In this document: piece after piece, positions 18,574 to 26,990 of the stretch
How the letters are laid out: every line of letters begins with the position of its first letter
Position numbering within the stretch: the first letter of the stretch is position 1
Made by a program: the position numbers and the translations under genes
Notes under the pieces: generated by a model
Told to the model about the DNA's origin: nothing
The model's input: only the letters and a program-made list of their open reading frames with translations
Database searches by the model: none
DNA from: a virus
Taxonomy: Duplodnaviria > Caudoviricetes
DNA: 32,717 bases
Direction: 5' to 3' (one strand)
IMG/VR virus record: IMGVR_UViG_3300032277_000044
Location: 1 to 32,717 of that record

Positions 18574-18828
18574 ATGGATATTAGTTCAGTCAATGCGATT
18601 GCTTCACTGTTTTCAATTGTTGGTGTTTGTTTTGCATACTTATCTTTCTTGAAAGAGAAACTTAAATCAGCTGAAGACTTTGGTCAACTAAAACAAAAAG
18701 TTATTACTCTCGAAGAACAATCTCGAATCAATGAAAACAGGTTTCAGACCATTGAAAAAAAGCTCGACAATATACAAGTGACTCTCACGAGAATTGATAC
18801 ATCAGTGAAGAACTTACTGAAAGATTGA
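18574..18828 (+). CDS. Membrane protein (N-terminal TM + coiled coil)
   Basis: TM AIASLFSIVGVCFAYLSFL and clear heptads (LEEQSRINENRFQTIEKKLDNI). Confidence 0.55.
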   Translation: MDISSVNAIASLFSIVGVCFAYLSFLKEKLKSAEDFGQLKQKVITLEEQSRINENRFQTIEKKLDNIQVTLTRIDTSVKNLLKD

Positions 18829-18882
18829 TTGCATCAAGTTGATACTTTTCATAATCTGATTGAACATCAAATGTGAAAAGGA

Positions 18883-20898
18883 ATGAACATGCAGAATAAG
18901 ATCTTGGGAAATGTGAGCTTTGCTGCTCAATATGCGAAGCCAATCAAAGGGGGTCGAGAGTCTTGGATTGATGCAGTCAATCGAGTTCAAGCGATGCATT
19001 TAAAAAAGTTTAAAAGATATGATCTTGAAGAAGAGATTCAGCATGCTTTTAATCTAGTCAAAGAAAAACGAATCTTTGCAAGTCAACGCTCGACTCAATT
19101 TGGAGGTCAAGCGATCCAAAGAAATAATATGAGAATGTTTAATTGCACATTCTCTCCCTGTGATCGAACTCGATTCTTTGCTGAATGCTTTTGGCTTCTT
19201 CTGTCGGGTTGTGGAACTGGATTCTCGATTCGTCGTCAACATATAAACAAGCTGCCAAGAATGATCACAAAAGAACATTGTGAAACAAGACCAACAAAAA
19301 CACACAGCATCATTGACTCGATTGAGGGTTGGGCGAATGCTGCTTTAATATTGATTGAATCATATTGTCTTGATTCATATTATGATCTTGAGCATGACAA
19401 TGAGATTGAATTTAATTACTCATTGATTCGAAAGAAAGGAGCTTTGATTTCATCGGGAGGACGAGCACCGGGATATAAACCGTTGGAGATTGCACTTGAG
19501 AAGATACGAGAACGAATGAAGCAAATGATTGATAGAGATCACAAGTTTCATTCAATTGATTGTTTTGATATTGTCATGTATCTGTCTGAAGCTGTCTTGA
19601 GTGGAGGTGTCAGAAGGTCTGCATCAATCGCAATCTTTGACGAGGACGATGAGGAAATGATGACAGCGAAACAAGGTGACTGGTGGAAAGATAATCTTGA
19701 ACGAGCATATGCAAATATATCAGCAGGAATCATTCTTGATGGAGATGAACAAAGACAAATTGTTAATAAGATCGTTGATGCATCAAAGCAATGGGGAGAA
19801 CCTGGTGTCGCTTTCTTCAAGAGTAAAGAGCATGGAACGAATCCGTGCGCTGAGATTGGACTTCTTGGTTGTCTTATCAAGGATCCTGATGGAGATATTG
19901 TTGATCATGTTTCGATTGATATGCTCGAGAATAGAAAGTCATTCGAGAGAATAGGATATAAATATCGAAGCGGGTGGCAAGGTTGCAACTTAACAGAGAT
20001 CAATATGTCAAAGAATAAAACAATCAATGAATTCTTTGAAGCGTGCAAAGCGGCAGCATTTATCGGAACACTTCAAGCGGCTTATACTCAAACTGGATAT
20101 CTTGGATATACGAGTCAGAGAATACTTGAAAGAGAAGCTCTCCTCGGTGTCAGCATGACTGGTATGTGTGAGAATGAAATCTCGTTTCGTGCTGATGTTT
20201 TGAAAGCAGGAGCAGAGATTGTCAACAAAGAGAATCAGCGAGTCGCAAAGATTATCAATATCAAGTCAGCATCAAGAACAACATGTGTGAAACCAAGTGG
20301 CAATACTTCAACCGTGGCCGGTGGTATCTCATCAGGTATCCATCCACATCATGCGAAGAAGTATATCCGACGAATGAGAATATCAAAGGTCAATCCAATA
20401 TGGCAGGAGCTCATGAGCAAAGTTCCTCAAGCGTGTCATGATCACGATGAAAACACTGGTATCATTTCATTTGCATGTCAAGCTCCCAAAGGAAGCATCA
20501 CTCGAGAATCATCAAATGCAATGACTCATCTTCAAAGAGTTAAGACAGTATATGAGAATTGGGTACTACCTGGAAGCACTCAAACAAGAGTTGAAGGTCT
20601 GACTCATAATGTGAGTAATACTTGCACAGTCAAAGACAATGAATGGAATGATGTTGCTTCATTCATTTGGGATCATCGAGAAGCATTGAGAGGAGTTGCA
20701 CTTCTCGGATATGTTGCAGACCACTTGTATGATATGGCCCCTTATCAAACTGTGGTTGATGGCCATGATTCAGAGAAGACTTGGAATGATCTTGCTTCGA
20801 TTGATTGGCAGGGGGTCAATTTATTTGTCGAAGGTCATGGAGAGAATCCAGTTCTTGACCCTGCTTGTTCCGGTGGTGAATGCACTTTAAGTTTTTAA
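18883..20898 (+). CDS. nrdJ: Class II (adenosylcobalamin-dependent) ribonucleotide reductase
   Basis: Motifs FNC, GCGTGFS, GGVRRSA, TNPCAEI (thiyl Cys), CNLTEIN, TCVKPSGN and C-terminal ACSGGEC. No small-subunit gene nearby. The start may be 18889. Confidence 0.88.
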   Translation: MNMQNKILGNVSFAAQYAKPIKGGRESWIDAVNRVQAMHLKKFKRYDLEEEIQHAFNLVKEKRIFASQRSTQFGGQAIQRNNMRMFNCTFSPCDRTRFFAECFWLLLSGCGTGFSIRRQHINKLPRMITKEHCETRPTKTHSIIDSIEGWANAALILIESYCLDSYYDLEHDNEIEFNYSLIRKKGALISSGGRAPGYKPLEIALEKIRERMKQMIDRDHKFHSIDCFDIVMYLSEAVLSGGVRRSASIAIFDEDDEEMMTAKQGDWWKDNLERAYANISAGIILDGDEQRQIVNKIVDASKQWGEPGVAFFKSKEHGTNPCAEIGLLGCLIKDPDGDIVDHVSIDMLENRKSFERIGYKYRSGWQGCNLTEINMSKNKTINEFFEACKAAAFIGTLQAAYTQTGYLGYTSQRILEREALLGVSMTGMCENEISFRADVLKAGAEIVNKENQRVAKIINIKSASRTTCVKPSGNTSTVAGGISSGIHPHHAKKYIRRMRISKVNPIWQELMSKVPQACHDHDENTGIISFACQAPKGSITRESSNAMTHLQRVKTVYENWVLPGSTQTRVEGLTHNVSNTCTVKDNEWNDVASFIWDHREALRGVALLGYVADHLYDMAPYQTVVDGHDSEKTWNDLASIDWQGVNLFVEGHGENPVLDPACSGGECTLSF

Positions 20899-21709
20899 GG
20901 AAGTAACTCATCTAAAGTAAGATAAATTAACTTATATAGATCATAATTCCATCTAGGTTTATTTTTTACGGTTAATGTTTTTGTATAGTTGCTAAGTACT
21001 TTAAATGCTTCTTTCATTAATATAGCTCGTAATTCATAACAAGGTTTTAGCCCATGTATCCAAACAGTTCGGTTTTTTTGACATCGGTTACTACTTGTCC
21101 AAAGGTGCCTATCATCAATAATAGATTTATCTTTATCAAACATTAATTCATAAAGTGTCTCAGCAAAGAATACACGATGATTTAAAAAGTCTGAAGCGTC
21201 TTGTATAGTAAGATCTAAATCTTTAAAATGTTCAGAGTCATTGTTATAATCAGTTTCCTCATAATACTCAACACTATCCATCCATTCAAAGTATTCTTTT
21301 TCATTGACTCCATTTGGATTGGCATTGTGACAATCTTTACAAAGTATCACAATATTAGATAAGACATCTCCTCCTCCAAGTGATAAAGGAATTACATGAC
21401 ATCTATCAAGACAAGTATCTTTAATATCCCAATTATTTTTGCAATTACACTTGTGTGACCATCCTTGAGTAGGCTGTGTTTCTTTTTCAAACCTTTTTAA
21501 ATTATGGTCTTGAATATGACATTTGTATAAATCAGAAGCAGGTAATCCTGGCCTATGACAAGCAAAGCATCTTGGGTATCCTATTTGTATGTTTCTTATA
21601 TTGAATGGAGTGCTTTCTTGATTTAGCCAATATTCAACTATTTTTGATTTATTGTAGCTCTTTCTTCTTTGTTTTTTTTTATTGTAGAAATCTTTTTTAC
21701 ATCATTCAT
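20895..21709 (-). CDS. HNH endonuclease, split by a frameshift at an A9 tract (about 271 aa if recoded)
   Basis: The frame of ORF 20895..21350 extends upstream through IVEYW...PRCFAC...LDRCHVIPLSLGGGDVLSNIVILCKDCHN. The ATG at 21709 with an AAGGA RBS is in another frame and joins by a -1 shift at T9 (21672-21680). Confidence 0.75.
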
Positions 21710-21718
21710 AATTAATCC

Positions 21719-22279
21719 TTAAGCTTCCTTCGGTGGTCGAGTTCCTTCAGCTGATGCAAACATGATCTCATCTCTCAACTTCTCATCAGTGATCATATTC
21801 TCAGCAAGTTCATCAGGACTATAAGACTGACCAATGATCTCGGGATATACTGCTCTTAATAATGCTGTCAAACATCTCTTATGAAGCATTGACTTTCTCA
21901 TAGTCTTCCAAGCACGTTGCTTCAACAATCCACGCTTGTCAGCATCTTCAGCAGTGAAGGTCCAAGTGTGTTCAATATCAAAGTCAAGTTCATCTCGTCG
22001 CTTGGTGCCAATGATGCAGCCATCTTCAGTCAACTCAATGACTCGAATGTATGCACAGATTTTGACTCCATCAGTATCAGTATAACGTCGTACAACTCCA
22101 CACATTGCATCGGCATTGAGTGCAGGTTTGCCGCTGATCACATAAGTATTTGCAAGTGTGACAGCAACATTATTCTCAAAGAGATGGCCGAACGTTAAGA
22201 ACGCTTTAACATTGTCATCGAAATCGTTGTTGTTTTTACTGAGGTTTTGAATTAGTGTAATAGTATCTTGATTTAACAT
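21719..22279 (-). CDS. RecT-like single-strand annealing recombinase
   Basis: Motifs GKPALNADAM and FTAEDADKRGL...WKTMRKSMLHKRC...YPEIIGQSYSPDEL. AAGGAG RBS before the ATG at 22279. Confidence 0.7.
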   Translation of the reverse strand: MLNQDTITLIQNLSKNNNDFDDNVKAFLTFGHLFENNVAVTLANTYVISGKPALNADAMCGVVRRYTDTDGVKICAYIRVIELTEDGCIIGTKRRDELDFDIEHTWTFTAEDADKRGLLKQRAWKTMRKSMLHKRCLTALLRAVYPEIIGQSYSPDELAENMITDEKLRDEIMFASAEGTRPPKEA

Positions 22280-22305
22280 TTGTTTGCTCCTTTTTATGAG
22301 TGTGA

Positions 22306-22680
22306 TTAAGATCGATATATTGAGGTGAGTAACCAACGGACTTGATCTTGTGTTGCTCCCCTCACGTTGTTTTCATATACAACGACGAGCTTCGCAAAGT
22401 CTCGACCGTCCAGGCAGGTAATCTCAGCAGGGAATTCACCTTGCTCAAATAAAATATTATCAGCATTGCTTTCAATAGATTCTTTTGTGATCTTGCCTTG
22501 GTTCAAAAGATATTGAATGTCCTCATCTTCTTTTTCTTCGATGCGCTTCATTGCTTCAAAGATTGCCAAGGTGACATCATGATTGATCACTCTTGAATAC
22601 TTGCTGATTGTGATTGGCTCCTTTTCTTCTAACATGAAAAGAATAGCGATGATTAAAACTGCGATGATTGCATATAACAT
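22306..22680 (-). CDS. Hypothetical protein with an N-terminal TM anchor
   Basis: Hydrophobic start MLYAIIAVLIIAILFML, GAGGAG RBS, acidic soluble domain. Confidence 0.6.
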   Translation of the reverse strand: MLYAIIAVLIIAILFMLEEKEPITISKYSRVINHDVTLAIFEAMKRIEEKEDEDIQYLLNQGKITKESIESNADNILFEQGEFPAEITCLDGRDFAKLVVVYENNVRGATQDQVRWLLTSIYRS

Positions 22681-22905
22681 TTAAAGCTCCTCGATAAGTG
22701 TGTCATTGATGATCAAGTTGATGAGTTCAAAGTGATCAAGTTCGTGCTCGTTGCCTTGGCTGCCTTGTAAGAAATAAGAATAAACTTTCATAGATGGTGC
22801 TTTGAATTGATGCATGATGCATTCCTCCATTTGTTTAATCTCAAAGATCTCATCATTATTGAGATCAAGAAAACGATCACCGACTTGAAAAGGAATACTA
22901 TTCAT
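22681..22905 (-). CDS. Small acidic hypothetical protein
   Basis: 74 aa, ATGA-coupled to the HTH gene, FQVGDRF start. Confidence 0.6.
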   Translation of the reverse strand: MNSIPFQVGDRFLDLNNDEIFEIKQMEECIMHQFKAPSMKVYSYFLQGSQGNEHELDHFELINLIINDTLIEEL

Positions 22906-23123
22906 TGGTCTTCATCCTTTCTAAAATCATTAAGAGTAAGTTGAATGCCAGTCATATCTTGAAGACTGTCAGCGATTCTCAAAGCTGTATGCATTTTCAT
23001 TGTTTGACTTCTCAAGTAATTTGAGAGCCTTGGTTGTGTGATATTCATATTCTCAGCAAGTTGAGTCATAGTGTATCCCTGACTTGCTAAAGAAGATTTG
23101 ATTCGTCGTTTTAATCTGCTCAT
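22902..23123 (-). CDS. XRE/Cro-type HTH transcriptional regulator (Aca-like position)
   Basis: Helix-turn-helix GYTMTQLAENMNITQPRLSNYL; 73 aa stand-alone domain; GGAG RBS. Confidence 0.85.
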   Translation of the reverse strand: MSRLKRRIKSSLASQGYTMTQLAENMNITQPRLSNYLRSQTMKMHTALRIADSLQDMTGIQLTLNDFRKDEDQ

Positions 23124-23124
23124 G

Positions 23125-23613
23125 TTATTGCTCCAACATGCTTGAAGTTACATCAATCAAAAGATGCTCTTTGTTAATCATATTAATAATATAAACAGTT
23201 CCTTGCTCATCTTCACTTTGAAAACAAAGTGCGCCTTGTGCCTTAGCTGCTTTGGCTTGTATGCCTTGCAAGAACCAAGAGAAGTCAGCCCGTGCTTCCC
23301 AATTCTCTTGAGCTTGCTCACATTCCCAAATCGTTAAGTCTTCGCATAGATAATCCATCGCTTCATCATCATCAATGTTGCAATCAAAGTATGTGTCGAA
23401 TCTATCTTTGATCTCATCAATGATATCTTGATTGTATTCAAGATCCCAAGCAGTAATGATTTGAGAATCATCGACATCAATCGAATAGACAAATCCCTGT
23501 ACAGTCGTAAAGTAAAGATCTTGACTGAAGAACAAGGCTCCCTGAAATTCGTTATGAATATAAAAGTCTTGAATCTTAGTAATTTGATTTGGGCTTGTAT
23601 GAAGTAGTTTCAT
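23125..23613 (-). CDS. AcrIF11-like ADP-ribosyltransferase (candidate anti-CRISPR/anti-defence)
   Basis: Motifs LLHTSP, FQGALFFS and SWFLQ...AKAAKAQG...EDEQGTVY parallel AcrIF11 (LFHGS, FGGLF, WELQ...LG...EDEHGTTW, recalled from memory). Very acidic, first gene after the promoter, GAGGAG RBS. Confidence 0.7.
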   Translation of the reverse strand: MKLLHTSPNQITKIQDFYIHNEFQGALFFSQDLYFTTVQGFVYSIDVDDSQIITAWDLEYNQDIIDEIKDRFDTYFDCNIDDDEAMDYLCEDLTIWECEQAQENWEARADFSWFLQGIQAKAAKAQGALCFQSEDEQGTVYIINMINKEHLLIDVTSSMLEQ

Positions 23614-23635
23614 TGTTGCTCCTCGTTTGTGATGA

Positions 23636-23740
23636 TCAAGTATTAGAATAATATATTTACTTTGTCAAATAATATTTTATAAAAAAGAAAATAAAATATT
23701 TTGTTGACAGAATTACTTATATTATACAATATGATTGAAT
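23636..23740. promoter_or_regulatory. Back-to-back sigma70-type promoters with an AT-rich inverted repeat
   Basis: TTGACA on the minus strand (23663-23668) and plus strand (23704-23709). Arms TGTCAAATAATATTTTAT / ATAAAATATTTTGTTGACA flank an A-tract. The -10 boxes are imperfect. Confidence 0.7.
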
Positions 23741-23760
23741 GCTATATAAAGGAGTAAGCA

Positions 23761-24522
23761 ATGAACGAATTTGAACTTCAAGCTCAGATCATGAAGGCAA
23801 GAGACATTAAGCCTGCTGATAAGTTTGTCATGTTGGTGATCTTGAAACATGTGGATTGGACGACATGGACTGGACGAATCACTCAGACATATCTTTGTCG
23901 ATATGCTGATATACCAAGGGCGACGTTTTCAAGAGCAATGAAAAGATTGAAGGCTGCAGGTTGGTTGACTGTGGATTGTGATCGAACTGCATTCAATAAG
24001 TTTCAAACTACAATCAAAGTAAATATCGATAGTATCAAAATGATACAACCGTTGTCTCAAAATGAGCCTATCGATAGTATCAATATGATACAACCGTTGT
24101 CTCAAAATGATAACACCGTGTATCAAAATGATACAGGGTTGTCTCAAAATGATACAGGGTTGTCTCAGAATGATGCATATATCAATATAAACAATATAAA
24201 CAATAAAGATATCAATATAGATATCAATAAGGAGGATCTTGAATTTGTGACAAAAGAAGAAGCAATAGAATATACTTCAAGTCAAGACTTCAATAATCTA
24301 TCTCATGTGTGTGATGATCGTGACAAGGTTCCTCTTCATGTCTTAAAAGCAGTACATCGAAGACTTGAGATTGAAAGACGTTGGGCACATCATCACAAGA
24401 CGATTGAAACAAATGCATTCAATGAAAGACGAATCTTTGAAGCGTTCAAGAAAGCAGAGATCAGAGAAGACTTTGATTTGTATGGATCAACTGCACAGAT
24501 CAAAAAGACTTGGAGGTCATAA
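23761..24522 (+). CDS. Replication initiator protein (lambda O-type organisation, N-terminal winged HTH)
   Basis: HTH ITQTYLCRYADIPRATFSRAMKRLKAAGWL, internal SQND repeats encoded by iterons, followed by a DnaC-like gene. AAGGAG RBS. Confidence 0.8.
   Translation: MNEFELQAQIMKARDIKPADKFVMLVILKHVDWTTWTGRITQTYLCRYADIPRATFSRAMKRLKAAGWLTVDCDRTAFNKFQTTIKVNIDSIKMIQPLSQNEPIDSINMIQPLSQNDNTVYQNDTGLSQNDTGLSQNDAYININNINNKDINIDINKEDLEFVTKEEAIEYTSSQDFNNLSHVCDDRDKVPLHVLKAVHRRLEIERRWAHHHKTIETNAFNERRIFEAFKKAEIREDFDLYGSTAQIKKTWRS
24024..24230 (+). repeat. Replication origin: seven iterons plus an AT-rich unwinding tract
   Basis: TCAnnnTGA cores (mostly TCAAAATGA) at 24035, 24057, 24080, 24102, 24123, 24144 and 24165, then an AT-rich run at about 24176-24230. 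Confidence 0.8.
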
Positions 24523-25421
24523 TGGATAGATTAGGAGATAGTCCAGAGCTAAAGAATTTATTAAATTCATTAACAGAGTTTATTCAAGATCCAAATAGAG
24601 ATCGAGTTGAAATGCCAAAGGATCAAGACTGGTCGAACTTCAATCCCGATTCATATCATCTACATGATTTAATAAAAGCAGGTATGAATCGATGCATTGC
24701 AGTAAATGAACCTCCTTGCCATTGTGTTGAAGGATATGAATTTGTGAGAGAAGGCAATGGCCCCAATGCAATATCATGTCGTAATTGTGGAAAGTTGAAG
24801 AAGTCTCTTAATCTATTATTGAGATCTCAACTTCCCAATGATGCTTTGACTGCTGCTCTTTCTGAATATGAATTCGATAGTCCACTTCAAGAGAATGCAT
24901 TCAATGAAATGATATCTTGGGATCGAGTTACACAACCTCCATCTTTCTTAATGCATGGAAGACCTGGCAATGGTAAATCAAGTCTCTTATACATTATTGC
25001 AAAGCATAAGACCTCCCAAGGATTCAGAGTAAAGTATGCTCATCATTATAGAACATTCGAAGCAGAGAAAGATTCTTGGTCAGACAACGCTTCTAAATCT
25101 CACTTAAATCAATTCTTGAATGATGTTGAGGTTCTTCTATTAGATGAGTTCGGAGGACTTGGTGGAGGGGTCAACAAGTATTCGGATTGGTTCAAGAACA
25201 CAACGATCGAATTTATTGGTTCAATATATGAACGATGGAAGTCGGGTCGAATGTCTGTCATCTTCACAACGAATGTATATCCGGCTTTACTCAGAGATAA
25301 GTTATTCGAAGGAAATTATGCAGCTCTATCGAGAATGCAAGAGATGTTCCAACAACCGATTGAAATGACTGGTCGAGATCGAAGAAGCCCACTGAACAGA
25401 ACTTCAGTTTGGGGTCAATGA
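24522..25421 (+). CDS. DnaC/IstB-like AAA+ helicase loader
   Basis: Zn-binding N-terminus (CHC...CRNC), Walker A GRPGNGKS, Walker B LLLDE, IFTTN, SRMQEM, GRDRR. GGAGG RBS and TAATG overlap give the start at 24522. Confidence 0.85.
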   Translation: MDRLGDSPELKNLLNSLTEFIQDPNRDRVEMPKDQDWSNFNPDSYHLHDLIKAGMNRCIAVNEPPCHCVEGYEFVREGNGPNAISCRNCGKLKKSLNLLLRSQLPNDALTAALSEYEFDSPLQENAFNEMISWDRVTQPPSFLMHGRPGNGKSSLLYIIAKHKTSQGFRVKYAHHYRTFEAEKDSWSDNASKSHLNQFLNDVEVLLLDEFGGLGGGVNKYSDWFKNTTIEFIGSIYERWKSGRMSVIFTTNVYPALLRDKLFEGNYAALSRMQEMFQQPIEMTGRDRRSPLNRTSVWGQ

Positions 25422-25853
25422 AAATACTTTAATATTATTTGACTCAAGATAGTGGACACCATGCAAAGAATATCCACTCGATGAGCAACCAACAGACTTG
25501 ATCCCGGCATGATGAATTAACTTAGCACATGCAAGGCAAGGAGGAATGCTGATGATCATTGTTGTTCCTTCAAGCCCAACACCCTTTCGAGCAGCGTTCG
25601 CAATTGCATTCTGTTCAGCATGATGACAACCGATCTCTGTTCTTGTGCCTGATTCGATCTTCATAATATCTCGAGCACATTCATGATCATCACTGCAAAG
25701 ACTTGATGAAGACTTTCGAGGAGGGCCGTTGAACCCTGCGCTGATTGGATTATTATTCTTATCAATGATGAACGCTCCAACTCGAGCGCGTGGACAAGGT
25801 GACATCGATGATATAAGTTCAGCATGTTTCAGCCAGTGCTTGACCCATTTCAT
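25404..25853 (-). CDS. dCMP deaminase
   Basis: Motifs SPCPRARVGA, GFNG, HAEQNAI and PCLAC. Confidence 0.92.
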   Translation of the reverse strand: MKWVKHWLKHAELISSMSPCPRARVGAFIIDKNNNPISAGFNGPPRKSSSSLCSDDHECARDIMKIESGTRTEIGCHHAEQNAIANAARKGVGLEGTTMIISIPPCLACAKLIHHAGIKSVGCSSSGYSLHGVHYLESNNIKVFSLTPN

Positions 25854-26338
25854 GTAAGTCTCTCTTTTAATCTTCTTCTGAGATTCTGATGTCGTCCATG
25901 TATTGTCTCAACTTTAGACCGGTACCGTTCAGCAATCTCACGAAATAAGAATCCACGAATCAACATGTTGATGACATCAAGTTCATATTCACTTTCTAAA
26001 TGTTTGATCACTGATTCATATAAAAGATTTGCATCATCAAGATCATATGAACGAGAGGCCATTGATTTGTATTGAGTGTATGATTTGTTTTTCTCAATTC
26101 TTGTCTTATGACTTCGAAGCATATTCATATGGGTTCTAGTCATGACAACTTTGACAAAGTTCAAGAAGTGGGATCCTTCCTTTTGTGCATATCTTTCAGG
26201 CTTCGCAATCAGCTTGATACAGGTGTCTTGAAATAGGTCGTCGGCTTCGATAAATGAATCCCTTGTCATCTTTCGAGCAATCATTTGAATAAAGTTTAAA
26301 TGATCAATGATCAGTTGATTCATGATTTCACTAGTCAA
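25850..26338 (-). CDS. ECF-type sigma-70 family RNA polymerase sigma factor
   Basis: Region 2 ADDLFQDTCIKL and region 4 GFLFREIAE...TIHGRHQNLRRRLKE; 162 aa; TTG start with a GGAGG RBS. Confidence 0.8.
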   Translation of the reverse strand: MTSEIMNQLIIDHLNFIQMIARKMTRDSFIEADDLFQDTCIKLIAKPERYAQKEGSHFLNFVKVVMTRTHMNMLRSHKTRIEKNKSYTQYKSMASRSYDLDDANLLYESVIKHLESEYELDVINMLIRGFLFREIAERYRSKVETIHGRHQNLRRRLKERLT

Positions 26339-26990
26339 GACAAACCTCCATGATGAATCTCATATCATCATCTCTTTCAAGAATCGCTTTAATCGCTTCA
26401 GCATAAAAAGTAATTTCGGCTTGTGCATTCTTTGCAAGTCTCAACTTCAAGAAGTGGATTAATGCTTGCAGGCTGCAAGTCCAATAGCACTCTGAATATG
26501 TTGCCAAAGGTAATACAAGCCGTGCTTGTTCTCGACACACTCCCATATCAATCAATTGATTATAAACTGAATACTGATGTTGAATACTCCATCGATACAA
26601 GTCAGCAGGATCTTTTTGATTGTTCATCAGTCCTCCACTTCCTTGTTTCACATTCTTGATTGACTCTCTCCACTCGTCCGGCTGATAAATTTCATAATCG
26701 AATTTAACATACCGTCCAGAGATCTCATTAAAAGTTGATCCGACTTGGTGCTTTTGCCATTGTCTCAAAACAAAGATTGGGGCTTTAATGTGGAAGGTGA
26801 ATGTGACGTGTCTGAATGGTGATGTATGCTGATGATTCCAAAGGTACTTGATAAGTCTTTTATCATCTTTTGTTAATTGTCCTTCTTGCCGCTTGCCAAA
26901 GCTGACACGCGCTGCATTAACAATCGAAATACAGTCTCCCATACTGTCGATCAGTGTGACAAATCCAAGGATCTCATTTTTATTATTCAT
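26331..26990 (-). CDS. thyX: FAD-dependent thymidylate synthase
   Basis: Motifs IVNAARVSF, HTSPF, RQWQKH, NEISGRY, REQARLVLP, LRL and AQAEI. Confidence 0.95.
   Translation of the reverse strand: MNNKNEILGFVTLIDSMGDCISIVNAARVSFGKRQEGQLTKDDKRLIKYLWNHQHTSPFRHVTFTFHIKAPIFVLRQWQKHQVGSTFNEISGRYVKFDYEIYQPDEWRESIKNVKQGSGGLMNNQKDPADLYRWSIQHQYSVYNQLIDMGVCREQARLVLPLATYSECYWTCSLQALIHFLKLRLAKNAQAEITFYAEAIKAILERDDDMRFIMEVCLD

Noticed and set aside
19870-19965. Intein in nrdJ (segment starts CLIKD)
   Set aside because: Far too short, and it lacks the terminal HN followed by C/S/T.
24024-24176. Short repeats as a mini-CRISPR array
   Set aside because: The 21-23 bp period, repeated spacers and location inside an initiator gene fit iterons.
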